IMG/VR virus record: IMGVR_UViG_2858553787_000001 | Source of the DNA: an uncultured virus (IMG/VR IMGVR_UViG_2858553787_000001) | Lineage: Duplodnaviria > Heunggongvirae > Uroviricota > Caudoviricetes | Reading direction: 5' to 3' (one strand) | Length of the DNA stretch: 64,000 bases | Part shown: piece after piece, positions 46,485-55,645 of the stretch | Position numbering within the stretch: position 1 is the first letter of the stretch | How the letters are laid out: the number at the start of each line of letters is the position of its first letter | Notes under the pieces: generated by a model | The model's input: only the letters and a program-made list of their open reading frames with translations | What the model was told of the DNA's origin: nothing | Database searches by the model: none | Position numbers and translations under genes: made by a program

Positions 46485-47101
46485 TGGCGACCTCCCCAGA
46501 AAAACAAAATGTGCCACAAACCGCAAAGTCTGCAAAGCGCATACATTTTTCCGTAACCTGTTTTCTTATCCACTCTGGAGCATCGGCCACATCGTTATAC
46601 CGACCATAATCTCCAAACATACACCGCATACCAACATTTCGAGCTTGTACCGCTTCCTCAAAAGTCAGGTAATATCCAAGATGGATATCATGCTGACTTG
46701 CTTTGATTCTTGCACGGTATTTATTTCTTGGAGGATAAAAGCTCACGCCCGATACACCTGAAGTATTGTTTCTCTGCAAGGGCTGATTGCACTGGTTCTG
46801 CTGGTGAGTACATACACGAAGATTGCACTTCCGATTATCCAGCGTGTCCAGACTGATATGATCGACCTCGTAACCCGCAGGTACATTTGGAAAAATATAC
46901 CGGTGCAGGTAGGTTCCGTTATGGGTAGTGATATAAAGTCGATGGCTATCATCTTCATTTAGATTACGATACCAGTTCGTGTCTCTAATTTTCTCGAAGT
47001 CTTCTGCATCAAACAGAAACCGAGTTCCATCATGAAGCCAGCCATATCCCGTTTTTCCATCATCGGAAAATGTGTATTTCACATTACTCATTGGCAACCT
47101 C
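46469..47101. repeat. 26-bp direct repeat (1 mismatch) flanking HNH-AP2 gene
   Basis: ATTTCACATTACTCATTGGCrACCTC at 46469-94 and 47076-101. Confidence 0.9.
46477..47091 (-). CDS. HNH-AP2 homing endonuclease
   Basis: LHR, VDHI..D.LDNRK.NLR, N.SG..GV, LG.Y...EEA. Confidence 0.88.
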   Translation of the reverse strand: MSNVKYTFSDDGKTGYGWLHDGTRFLFDAEDFEKIRDTNWYRNLNEDDSHRLYITTHNGTYLHRYIFPNVPAGYEVDHISLDTLDNRKCNLRVCTHQQNQCNQPLQRNNTSGVSGVSFYPPRNKYRARIKASQHDIHLGYYLTFEEAVQARNVGMRCMFGDYGRYNDVADAPEWIRKQVTEKCMRFADFAVCGTFCFSGEVANE

Positions 47102-48364
47102 ACTTTCCGGCTCAAAGGTTGCCACCTCATCGAACTTCAACTTCTGACCATCTCGGATGACATACACATCATCGTAGTGACCTTCCTTAAATTGGACGTA
47201 CCGCTTAACCGCCACATCTACAAACTTCGGTTCCAGCTCCACACCATAGCAGATTCGATCAATCTGTTCACAGGCAATCAGGGTAGATGCACTGCCGAGG
47301 AAGCCATCCAGCACAATGCCATTGGTCATGGTGGACTGCTTGATCAGATAGGCAATCAATGGAACCGGCTTACTAGAGGGATGACCGAAACCGTCCTCTT
47401 TTGAATTCTTGATGCCATCAAATTCAAACACATTGGTCTGCTTCTGGTCGCCGTACCAGCGGTGACGGCCATCCTTGCGCCATCCAAAGATGATCGGTTC
47501 GGAGTTGAACTTCCAGTCAGTACGCATCAGCGGCGCACGTGGCTTCTTCCAAATCAGTCCGGCTCCCACCTTGAAGCCCGCATCCTCGAAAGCATCGTAA
47601 AACACACGGGCTTTCATCGTGGCGTAGAATTCATAGATGGAAGCGTCCAGTGCCATCGCATTTTTGAAGTTGGCGTAGACCTTCATCAAAAACTCATAAG
47701 CGGACTTGTCATCCAGATCATCATTCTTGATACTGCCAGAAGCATTCTCCAACTTCACGAAGTAAGGTGCATCCGTACAAACCAGATTGACCTTGGTATC
47801 GCCCAGCAGATTCTTGTATGCTTCCGGGTCAGTGGAATCTCCGCAGATAACCGTGTGCTTACCAAGATGCCAGATATCCCCGGTCTTGGAAAAGCACGGC
47901 TGCTTCAGCTCGGATTCCACATCGAAGTCATCTTCCTTGACCTCTTTGCTGTGTACCTTGTTGAACAGCGTCTCGATCTCAGGCGGATCAAAACCTGTCT
48001 TGCCAAGGTCAAAGTTGGAATCTTCGATGTCTTTGAGCAGGTCAGCCAGCAGGGAATCATCCCACGCACCCGTGATCTTATTGAGCGCAATGTTCAGGGC
48101 TTTCTCCCTGGTCTTGTCGATGTCCACCACCGCGCAAGGCACTTCGGTGTAGCCCAGCTCCATCGCTACGGTCAATCTCTGGTGGCCGCCGATGATCGTC
48201 ATGTCGGCATTGACTACCAAAGGATCTGCGAAACCGAACTCCGTAATGGAGTTCTTGATCTTCTCGTACTCTTTATCCCCCGGCTTCAGCTTCTTCCGGG
48301 GATTGTATGCGGCCGGCTTGAGTACGGACACCGGCAGCATCTTCAGTTTAGCAGTCGCTTTCAT
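47084..48364 (-). CDS. ParB-like domain + N6A/N4C DNA methyltransferase
   Basis: YNPR, IGGHQR, DAPY, HP..KPV, LDGFLGSAST. Confidence 0.9.
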   Translation of the reverse strand: MKATAKLKMLPVSVLKPAAYNPRKKLKPGDKEYEKIKNSITEFGFADPLVVNADMTIIGGHQRLTVAMELGYTEVPCAVVDIDKTREKALNIALNKITGAWDDSLLADLLKDIEDSNFDLGKTGFDPPEIETLFNKVHSKEVKEDDFDVESELKQPCFSKTGDIWHLGKHTVICGDSTDPEAYKNLLGDTKVNLVCTDAPYFVKLENASGSIKNDDLDDKSAYEFLMKVYANFKNAMALDASIYEFYATMKARVFYDAFEDAGFKVGAGLIWKKPRAPLMRTDWKFNSEPIIFGWRKDGRHRWYGDQKQTNVFEFDGIKNSKEDGFGHPSSKPVPLIAYLIKQSTMTNGIVLDGFLGSASTLIACEQIDRICYGVELEPKFVDVAVKRYVQFKEGHYDDVYVIRDGQKLKFDEVATFEPESEVANE

Positions 48365-48380
48365 GTAGACTCCTCCTAAT

Positions 48381-48605
48381 TCAGATTCCCATGCGTATGA
48401 CCCCGGAGAATGGCACGAAAAAGGAGCCGAACAAAAAGCCCGACTCCATCTCATCTCCATCTTCCTGCGGCCGTTCAGCCATCTCACACCATTCCGGGTT
48501 TTCCCCGTTCACAGATGCCAGCACCTTTTCTTCCGCATCGTCAATCGCATGTACACAGATACCCCCGGTGTTGAACAACGGATACACACCGATAATCTTA
48601 CTCAT
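48381..48605 (-). CDS. Hypothetical protein
   Basis: Translationally coupled ORF. Confidence 0.65.
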   Translation of the reverse strand: MSKIIGVYPLFNTGGICVHAIDDAEEKVLASVNGENPEWCEMAERPQEDGDEMESGFLFGSFFVPFSGVIRMGI

Positions 48606-49092
48606 CCTGCTTCTCCCCTTTCATCCCATATCGATAATCCCAGTAACAATTCAGACTGCAAAACTTCCGCTGCCGTTTGCCTTCATCTACGGCACGGAAC
48701 TCCCGCCCACAGTTTTTACAGACCTCTAACCGGAACGGCTTATGTTTCCTGTAAAATTCCTCCCGGCAATCCTGAGAACAGAACCGTCTCAAGCCGCTGT
48801 TTCCTCTCTGCACGAGAATCCGTCCACACACCGGGCATCGGCGTTCGCCTGAACCATCCGGCGGCTGCAGCTGGCAGCTTCCCGTTTCCGGCAGCCCCAG
48901 CTCCCGGCAGTAATCCGTGACCTGCTCCAAAGACAGCCCGGTGTTTTCTGTGATCTCTGAACACTCAAACCCGGCAAGCCGCTGGCTTCGGACTTCTTCT
49001 CTTTCCGGGCGATACTCATAGCCCTCAAATACACAGTCCAGCCGGACACCGTTCTTTACCACATCACGCTCTATGTTCAGCGGTCCTTCCAT
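48598..49092 (-). CDS. HTH + zinc-ribbon protein
   Basis: EI....GLS...V..YC; two CxxCG...FCS..C units. Confidence 0.7.
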   Translation of the reverse strand: MEGPLNIERDVVKNGVRLDCVFEGYEYRPEREEVRSQRLAGFECSEITENTGLSLEQVTDYCRELGLPETGSCQLQPPDGSGERRCPVCGRILVQRGNSGLRRFCSQDCREEFYRKHKPFRLEVCKNCGREFRAVDEGKRQRKFCSLNCYWDYRYGMKGEKQDE

Positions 49093-49384
49093 CTGTATCG
49101 CCCTCCTTCCAGCGTCCTTTGTTTGCACAGGCACGGCTGCAATATTTTCGTTCCAGACCATACTGGTGCCGGTAGGAAAACTCCCTGCCGCACACCGGAC
49201 AGATCTTTGACCGCACGGTCTTCCAGTTCTCTGGTTTCGGGTGGGTGTTGTTCCACCGTGACCGGCATTCCGGTGAGCAGAACTTCCGTGGTCTGCCTTT
49301 ATGGTTTGGTACGATTGCCGTACCGCACTGAGGGCAGAAGGAAAAAGCCATGTCCCTGATCATCTCAGCCGTGTAATCTTCCAT
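49064..49384 (-). CDS. Zinc-ribbon protein
   Basis: CPQCG..RKFCS..C, CPVCG..RKYCS..C; GAGGTG SD. Confidence 0.75.
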   Translation of the reverse strand: MEDYTAEMIRDMAFSFCPQCGTAIVPNHKGRPRKFCSPECRSRWNNTHPKPENWKTVRSKICPVCGREFSYRHQYGLERKYCSRACANKGRWKEGDTDGRTAEHRA

Positions 49385-49784
49385 CTGCCCTCACCTCACT
49401 CTCATTTTTCGCCGTTTCTTCGGCGGTTTCTTAGAAAAATCTCATAATTCATGCGAAAAGCGGCGAAGTGGAAATCGGCACTGCCCCGCCAAGTTGGATC
49501 GTTGTTGCGGCGGCCGATTCCCGCTCGCCCCTGCTCCTCCCGGAACAAGCTAAAATGTGCGAAAGCTCCCTGTTTACGAGAGGTTTCACACACTTTGGTT
49601 CATTTCGGGGAAAAAGAATAGCACCGGAACGAAAGCTTCGATGCCTGTACATTTTCCTGTTTCATTTTGCGCCGTTAATCCTCTGACCCCCGGCCTATCA
49701 ATTTTGCGCTTTTTCACAGAAAAGGGGCCACCGGTCTCCGTGTGACTTCACCGTAGAGAAGTGACCCCGGCCCCGGTGGGGCTG

Positions 49785-50144
49785 TCAGTAGGTGTAGGTC
49801 GGGTTGATGTCTTCGGTCAGCGTCTTCTTATCGTGACAGCTCTTGCACAGCGACTGCCAGTTGTTCTGATCCCAGAAAAGTTTCTGGTCACCACGGTGCG
49901 GAACGATGTGATCCACCACCGTTGCCCGGACGTACTTGCCCTGCTTGGCACACTGCACACAGAGCGGATGCGCTTCCAGGTACGACTTTCTTGCTTTCTG
50001 CCACCGTCTGTTGTATCCACGCTTCGCTGCCGGGCGGGTGACTTCTGGATGGAGAGCCAGGTGCTTCTCACAGTAGAGCCGGCCGACTTCCACCAGCTCC
50101 GGGCAGCCGGGATGACGGCACGGTGTCTTTGGTCTGTACGGCAT
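49785..50144 (-). CDS. Packaging-associated HNH endonuclease (HK97 gp74-like)
   Basis: C..PGC, HPLC..C, VDHI.PH.GD..LFWD..N.Q.LC..CH..KT. Confidence 0.92.
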   Translation of the reverse strand: MPYRPKTPCRHPGCPELVEVGRLYCEKHLALHPEVTRPAAKRGYNRRWQKARKSYLEAHPLCVQCAKQGKYVRATVVDHIVPHRGDQKLFWDQNNWQSLCKSCHDKKTLTEDINPTYTY

Positions 50145-50147
50145 GGG

Positions 50148-51215
50148 TCAGTCCTCCCACGGAAGACCAGCCTTGCCGAAGTGACCGTAAGCACTGACCT
50201 TGTTGTAATCTACATCCAGCAGTCCCAGCCGCTTGATGATACCCTGCGGGGTCAGGTCATAGCTGTCATGGACGTAGGCTTCGATGAAGTCAAGGGACTG
50301 GTGCGCCGTACCGAAACACTCCACCGACACACCGACTGGCTGTACCACGCCGATGGCGTAAGCCAGCTGGACTTCGCACTTGTCTGCGTAGCCCGCCTGC
50401 ACGATGTCTTTGGCGATCTTCCGAGCCATGTATGCTGCGGAGCGGTCCACCTTGGTAGGGTCTTTGCCACTCAATGCACCGCCACCCATTCGTCCAATGC
50501 CGCCGTAGGTATCACATGCCAGCTTGCGTCCGGTCACACCACAGTCAGCGTAACTGCCGCCCAGCACAAAACGGCCGGTAGGATTGACCAGCTTCGTAAA
50601 GTCACCGTCCAGACCGTACTCGCAGGCGGCCAGCACCATCATGGATTCGATGATGTGGCGGAAATCGCTGACCTCCACATCCAGGCTGTGCTGCACTGAA
50701 CAGAGGAAGGTGGTGATACGACCAGTGTCGTAATCGTAGCTTACCTGCGCCTTGGCATCTGCACGGAACATCTTAGACGGATGTGCCTTGAGAAGCTGTA
50801 GGAACTTGGTAGCGACCATGTACGGGATCGGCATCTGCTCTGCCGTTTCGTTGGTGGCGTAGCCATACATGATTCCCTGGTCACCGGCACCGCCTTTGTC
50901 CACACCGAGCGCAATATCCGGGGACTGCTTGTCCACCAGAATGCCTATGCGGAGAAGCTCGGTCAGGTTCCACCCCAGCTTTTCGGTGCCGATGCGGTTG
51001 AACACATCGTGGACGATCTGATTGTAGTTTGGCCGGTAGTCGGTGGTGACCTCACCGGCAATAAAAAGCTGGCTCTTTTTCAGCAGACACTCGATTGCCA
51101 CACGGGCGTTCTTGTCATGCTGAAGAATATCGGTCACGATGGCATCTGCGATCTGGTCACAGATTTTATCGGGATGGCCATTGCTGACCTGTTCACAGGT
51201 GATAATCTTACTCAT
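50148..51215 (-). CDS. metK: S-adenosylmethionine synthetase
   Basis: GHPDKICDQI, GAGDQG, NPTGRF..GG, D.G.TGRK, GGGA.SGKDPTKVDRS, YGHFG. Confidence 0.95.
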   Translation of the reverse strand: MSKIITCEQVSNGHPDKICDQIADAIVTDILQHDKNARVAIECLLKKSQLFIAGEVTTDYRPNYNQIVHDVFNRIGTEKLGWNLTELLRIGILVDKQSPDIALGVDKGGAGDQGIMYGYATNETAEQMPIPYMVATKFLQLLKAHPSKMFRADAKAQVSYDYDTGRITTFLCSVQHSLDVEVSDFRHIIESMMVLAACEYGLDGDFTKLVNPTGRFVLGGSYADCGVTGRKLACDTYGGIGRMGGGALSGKDPTKVDRSAAYMARKIAKDIVQAGYADKCEVQLAYAIGVVQPVGVSVECFGTAHQSLDFIEAYVHDSYDLTPQGIIKRLGLLDVDYNKVSAYGHFGKAGLPWED

Positions 51216-51648
51216 GGGTTTCGTCCTCCTCACTTCCATCAGGATTCAGCTTGACCGTCCGGTCACAGCATTCACAGCGGTACTTTGCCTCAAAGCCTTC
51301 CTGACCAGGTTTGAGGAGGATCTTCATCTCCCTGCCGCATTTGCCGCACTTATGACGGTTCACCAGCTGGGCTTCGATTTTCAAATCGCCTTCCACAAGG
51401 TCGATCGGGTAACAGCCCACGCCATCCTTGAGTTTCACCACAGCCAGCCCAGTAGGCCAGTTCGTGTCGCGGCTGTCGCAGCAGACAGGCTCATCGTCTG
51501 CATTCACTTCCACCAGCATAACTGCCATGTTCTCCGGGATCGGCATCACCTGCTGGATCTCCGCACCCTCGAAGTGTTTCTCAACATTTTCAAAGAGGTC
51601 CTTGTCATTTGCTCGCTGTCCCAAATCGATTCTAAAATTGCTCATCAT
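51208..51648 (-). CDS. Hypothetical protein with C-terminal zinc ribbon
   Basis: GGAGG SD; CGKC...CECC. Confidence 0.65.
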   Translation of the reverse strand: MMSNFRIDLGQRANDKDLFENVEKHFEGAEIQQVMPIPENMAVMLVEVNADDEPVCCDSRDTNWPTGLAVVKLKDGVGCYPIDLVEGDLKIEAQLVNRHKCGKCGREMKILLKPGQEGFEAKYRCECCDRTVKLNPDGSEEDETHE

Positions 51649-51649
51649 T

Positions 51650-52060
51650 TTAGATATCCTCCAATCCAAGCTGTACCTTTACAGCTCTTTCTATTTCATT
51701 TACCTGCACTTCATCCGTGCAGCTGCACAGTTTCCTGTGCAGTCTCCACTTCGGAATTGCTGTGATCTGTTCTGCCAGAACAACAGAATCCTCATCCAGC
51801 AGATCACGAATAATGCAGTGCGTCGGCAGTTCGATTCTCTTCATCTGACTGGTCAGCGGGATCACAGTGACCACATCGGAATTCTTATTTGCCATATCAT
51901 TGCTGATGACCAGTACCGGACGACTGCCCTCCTGCACCGAAGTGCCTGTATTCTCCCTCAAATGTGCGTACCAGATATCCATCCGCTTTGGCGGCTGAAT
52001 TCTGGTGACATCAGGAAGCGACTTCTTACGTATTTTTACAGGTCGGTTCTTTCTGCCCAT
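51650..52060 (-). CDS. PemK/MazF-family endoribonuclease
   Basis: R.DIWYA.L, Q.G.RPVLVISND..N, V.PLTS, EQI..I. Confidence 0.88.
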   Translation of the reverse strand: MGRKNRPVKIRKKSLPDVTRIQPPKRMDIWYAHLRENTGTSVQEGSRPVLVISNDMANKNSDVVTVIPLTSQMKRIELPTHCIIRDLLDEDSVVLAEQITAIPKWRLHRKLCSCTDEVQVNEIERAVKVQLGLEDI

Positions 52061-52159
52061 CTTATCCTCCCCCTTCCGGGCATAAAAATAGCCCTGGGGG
52101 AATTGATCCTCCAAGGCTTCTGCTCTCCCGGATTTCCTCCGGGCCTATTTTCATGGTAC

Positions 52160-52290
52160 TAGCATAGCACACTTTGTCCGCCATGTCGTCCACGATTTTA
52201 CTCATTCGCTCCGGCCATTCTCGTCTGGCCTTTTTTCATGCTCCCATCATAACACACTCCTGCCATAAAGTCGTCCACGATTTTACTCAT
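52160..52290 (-). promoter_or_regulatory. Two tandem putative late promoters with a 21-bp direct repeat
   Basis: ATGAGTAAAATCGTGGACGAC at 52185-205 and 52270-90, each followed at equal spacing by TGnTATG(C/A)T. Confidence 0.65.
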
Positions 52291-52363
52291 CTCCCAAATC
52301 CATAAAATACAAAAACAGAACCGCCAAACAAAAAAATCGAGGCTCCTTTCGGAGCCCCGTGAA

Positions 52364-52813
52364 TCAATCCTTGCCATAGAGCCGTGTAACCAGCTTGTCC
52401 AGCGCACGGTTCTTTTTGTTATAAGCTGAGGAACGCTCAATACCAAAGTGGTCGCAGATCAGATTCACATCGCTACTTTCCGTCTGATAGAAACATTCCA
52501 GAACATACTTGTCATCTTCCGTCAGACCATCCCACGCTGGCTGGAACCAGTCCATGTACTCGACCGCCTGCCGATACCGTTCTTTCAGAATATCAATTTT
52601 CTCAATGCCATCCAGAATCCTCTCCTCTCCCGCCTGCGGATTGTGGGCGTGCGGCATACCATCCATGTTCGGACTTCCCACACCCACCATTCGGTCACTC
52701 TCAACCGTAATCTCATCTTTTGTATTACGGATAATGAACTGCATATTATCGTAATCACCGATAGCCTTAATTGCTGCCGCTCTCTTATCCAGATACTTCC
52801 ACATAATGCTCAT
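52364..52813 (-). CDS. RinA/ArpU-like late transcription activator
   Basis: C-terminal sigma-r4-like HTH (L....VL..FY...I......SS.Y.KK.RAL); position after replication module. Confidence 0.7.
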   Translation of the reverse strand: MSIMWKYLDKRAAAIKAIGDYDNMQFIIRNTKDEITVESDRMVGVGSPNMDGMPHAHNPQAGEERILDGIEKIDILKERYRQAVEYMDWFQPAWDGLTEDDKYVLECFYQTESSDVNLICDHFGIERSSAYNKKNRALDKLVTRLYGKD

Positions 52814-52884
52814 CTTGCATACCTCCGATTTTTTATTCCACTCGGATTGGCATGTTTTGTCTTTGTTTGTCATCGTTTCCCGTT

Positions 52885-53118
52885 TTATGCTGCTTCAACT
52901 TCTTTTCTGATACGGGCCATCAGATACTCACCGTCAACATCCGTCAACACCCCAAACCATGCTGACCGGAAAAAGCTCTCCAAACGGTCAACTGTGTGTT
53001 TTGTCTCTTGTCCGCCGGGATGCCGCATCTGTCTGCGGAGTGCGACCCGGTAGTCCTTCGCTGCCGAAATAATAATCGCATTGGCCAGATTCTCATATGA
53101 TTCAAATTCACTTGCCAT
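52885..53118 (-). CDS. Phage hypothetical protein
   Basis: LANAII..A.KDY, E.FF.S.WF..L. Confidence 0.75.
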   Translation of the reverse strand: MASEFESYENLANAIIISAAKDYRVALRRQMRHPGGQETKHTVDRLESFFRSAWFGVLTDVDGEYLMARIRKEVEAA

Positions 53119-53122
53119 CTTC

Positions 53123-54502
53123 TTATCCTCCTAAATTTGCTTTTACTGCATCGATCAGCTCCTCCTGTGTCGCATCCTTACCTTTGAGCACTCGGAGAAT
53201 CCTCTCATCTATAGTGCCAGATGTGATGATATGATTTATAACCACTGTCTGAGAATTTTGTCCCTGCCGCCATAATCTTCCGTTGGTCTGCTGGTAAAGT
53301 TCCAGCGACCATGTAATTCCAAACCAGATGATGCAGTTTCCGCCGCTCTGAAGATTCAGACCATGGCCGGCAGAAGCCGGGTGGATCAGACCAACGGGGA
53401 GCTGACCGGAGTTCCACCGTTTAATGCTCTCGCCGCTGTCTATCTTGTCATACTCGATCTTCTTCTCATCCAGTCTTTTCCTGATCCGTTCCAGATCATG
53501 CTGGTACCAGTACGCTACCAGAACCGGTTTTCCATTGGCTGCCTCGATCAGGTCTTCCAGTGCATCCAGCTTCTTCTCATGAAACTGCATCACCTTTTTG
53601 TCATCGGTATAGATTGCACCATTCGCCAGCTGGGAAAGTTTTCCGCAGAGAGCAGCTGCATTTGCTGCGGTGATCTCGTTTTCTTCCCCCATGTTCAGCA
53701 CCAATTCTTTTCTCAGCTCATCATATTTTTTCTTTTCCTTTTCATCCATCGTGACCATGCACTCAGTCATGATCTTTTCCGGCATCAGTAAGTAATCCGT
53801 AGACTTCATGGAAATGGTCATGTCAGAAATCTTTTTATAGATTTCCTCCTCAGCAAACGGGAGTGGCTTGTAGGAATAGACCACTGCTCCGTTCATCTTG
53901 TCCGGCTTGAAGTAGTCGCTTCTATACCTCGTAATGAATCTTCCCAGCCGCTTTCCCTTATCCAGCAGCTTATACTCAGCAAAGAGATCCATTAAGCCGT
54001 TGGATGCAGGTGTGCCTGTCAGACCTACTGTTCTTTTTATCTTCGGTCTTAATTTCATCAACCCCTTAAACCTCTTACTGTCTGAATTCTTAAAAGAACT
54101 CAGCTCATCCACCACGAGCATGTCAAAATCCAGAACGGCTCCGCTTTTTTCTACCAGCCATGCCACATTCTCACGGTTTATCACATACACGTCCGCACTT
54201 CTCATAAGCGCGATCTTCCTCTCCTGCTCGGTCCCGACAACCACGCTTACCCTCAAATCCGACAAATGCTCCCACTTTCCGACCTCCGCGATCCACTGAT
54301 CTCGCGCCACTCTAAGCGGTGCCACCACCAGCACCTTTCTCACCAGAAAGAAGTCATAGACCAAATCGAAAATCGCCGTCAGTGCAATTGCTGTTTTGCC
54401 AAGTCCCATATCCAACAATACAGCTGCCTCTTCGTGGGTCTCTATGAAATCCACACAGTACCTCTGGTACTCGTGCATATTCTCCCTCTTTAACTTTTCC
54501 AA
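53123..54502 (-). CDS. SNF2-like helicase
   Basis: DMGLGKT, VDELSSFK, LTGTP, GHGLNLQ, Q...RL.RQGQ. Confidence 0.93.
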   Translation of the reverse strand: MEKLKRENMHEYQRYCVDFIETHEEAAVLLDMGLGKTAIALTAIFDLVYDFFLVRKVLVVAPLRVARDQWIAEVGKWEHLSDLRVSVVVGTEQERKIALMRSADVYVINRENVAWLVEKSGAVLDFDMLVVDELSSFKNSDSKRFKGLMKLRPKIKRTVGLTGTPASNGLMDLFAEYKLLDKGKRLGRFITRYRSDYFKPDKMNGAVVYSYKPLPFAEEEIYKKISDMTISMKSTDYLLMPEKIMTECMVTMDEKEKKKYDELRKELVLNMGEENEITAANAAALCGKLSQLANGAIYTDDKKVMQFHEKKLDALEDLIEAANGKPVLVAYWYQHDLERIRKRLDEKKIEYDKIDSGESIKRWNSGQLPVGLIHPASAGHGLNLQSGGNCIIWFGITWSLELYQQTNGRLWRQGQNSQTVVINHIITSGTIDERILRVLKGKDATQEELIDAVKANLGG

Positions 54503-54774
54503 TCTTCTATCTCCCTCATCAATTCCTGAATTCCCTGTTCGCTGTCCACAACCCGGACACGGAACCCCAATTCCCTTATTTTCCGCATCTGTACCTCCTG
54601 CAGCTTCCTTGGCTTCTCGCCCTCTTTCTTCAGCTCCACGAAAATCACCAGACCACCAGGGAGTAAAAGGATGCGGTCTGGCACACCAGAAACAGATGAC
54701 AAGAACTTAAAACACATTCCTCTTTGCTTTTCTGTTTCTTTTTTTAATTTCTGTTCAATCTCCCTTTCCCTCAT
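54490..54774 (-). CDS. VRR-NUC nuclease
   Basis: E..IE, GVPDR, FVELK, Q. Confidence 0.9.
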   Translation of the reverse strand: MREREIEQKLKKETEKQRGMCFKFLSSVSGVPDRILLLPGGLVIFVELKKEGEKPRKLQEVQMRKIRELGFRVRVVDSEQGIQELMREIEDWKS

Positions 54775-55339
54775 TTGCTTTTTTCTCCTTTCTCGCCTTC
54801 TCAGCCAGAATGAATCCGGCATGATCTGCTGTGACTTCGTCCACTATCTTTTTTCCTTTGTATTCACTCATCTTCCTTCCACCACAGATTACGCAGCCAT
54901 TATGGAAATAAACTTTTTTTCCTCCGCAACTTTTGTACTTCACTCCCCATTCATCCTGTCTCCACTCCCTCTTCAGAAAACTTCTCTTTCTTCCAGCACG
55001 GTTTCGCATCTCCCGATCACGCTCCACTGCTGCCGGAATATTACCCTCCATAATGCCGGCACAGATACAGCCGACATTCACTTCCTCAAAATAGTCCGGA
55101 TTGCCCATGACGTGCAGGAATCGGACGCGCTCGCAGCCGCAAAGCTCGCAGGTTGCCAAACCAGCCCCATCATCCCAGTCATCCTCATCTCCCTTTACAT
55201 CCACTACACTCTCACAGTACCAGCCTTCCAATGGAGCACCCCACTCTTTTAACTGCTTGGTACAACGATTCTGATAAGTGTCCTCCCGCATTTTTCTCGT
55301 TCCTTTCTCTATTTTTCGCATTTCTCGTACTTTCGTCAT
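54755..55339 (-). CDS. Hypothetical Cys/His-rich protein
   Basis: CELCG...RF.H.M, VGCICA; start uncertain. Confidence 0.65.
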   Translation of the reverse strand: MTKVREMRKIEKGTRKMREDTYQNRCTKQLKEWGAPLEGWYCESVVDVKGDEDDWDDGAGLATCELCGCERVRFLHVMGNPDYFEEVNVGCICAGIMEGNIPAAVERDREMRNRAGRKRSFLKREWRQDEWGVKYKSCGGKKVYFHNGCVICGGRKMSEYKGKKIVDEVTADHAGFILAEKARKEKKANEGKGD

Positions 55340-55352
55340 TTTTTATTTCATC

Positions 55353-55645
55353 TGGAACAGAAACACAACTACAACAACTTTTTCTATATACCCTATATGC
55401 GCTTATATGCGTATTACACAGGCTTCTATTTTCTCTTTTTACCAAAACACTCTATATAGAAAAAGTTGTTCCTGTTCCATATAGTTGATTACTTTTGACC
55501 TAAGCTACCGCCCTCCCACCCTCTGCTTTTCTTCCGTTTTTTCCTTAATTGCCCTGTTCCGTTGTTCCACTGTTTTTCTTTTCCTGTTTATCTGCCTTGT
55601 TCTATTGTTCCTATTTATTTTCTTATTTTTCCTGTTCCGTTGTTT
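55353..55645. repeat. Candidate replication origin: TGTTCC repeats and 18-bp inverted repeat
   Basis: AACAACTTTTTCTATATA 55373-90 and its complement 55453-70; several TGTTCC; AT-rich, downstream of primase. Confidence 0.55.

Noticed and set aside
48591..51215. 15-bp identity GATAATCTTACTCAT at the starts of metK and the 48605 ORF
   Set aside because: Largely the common ATGAGTAA stop/start overlap; too short to claim a duplication
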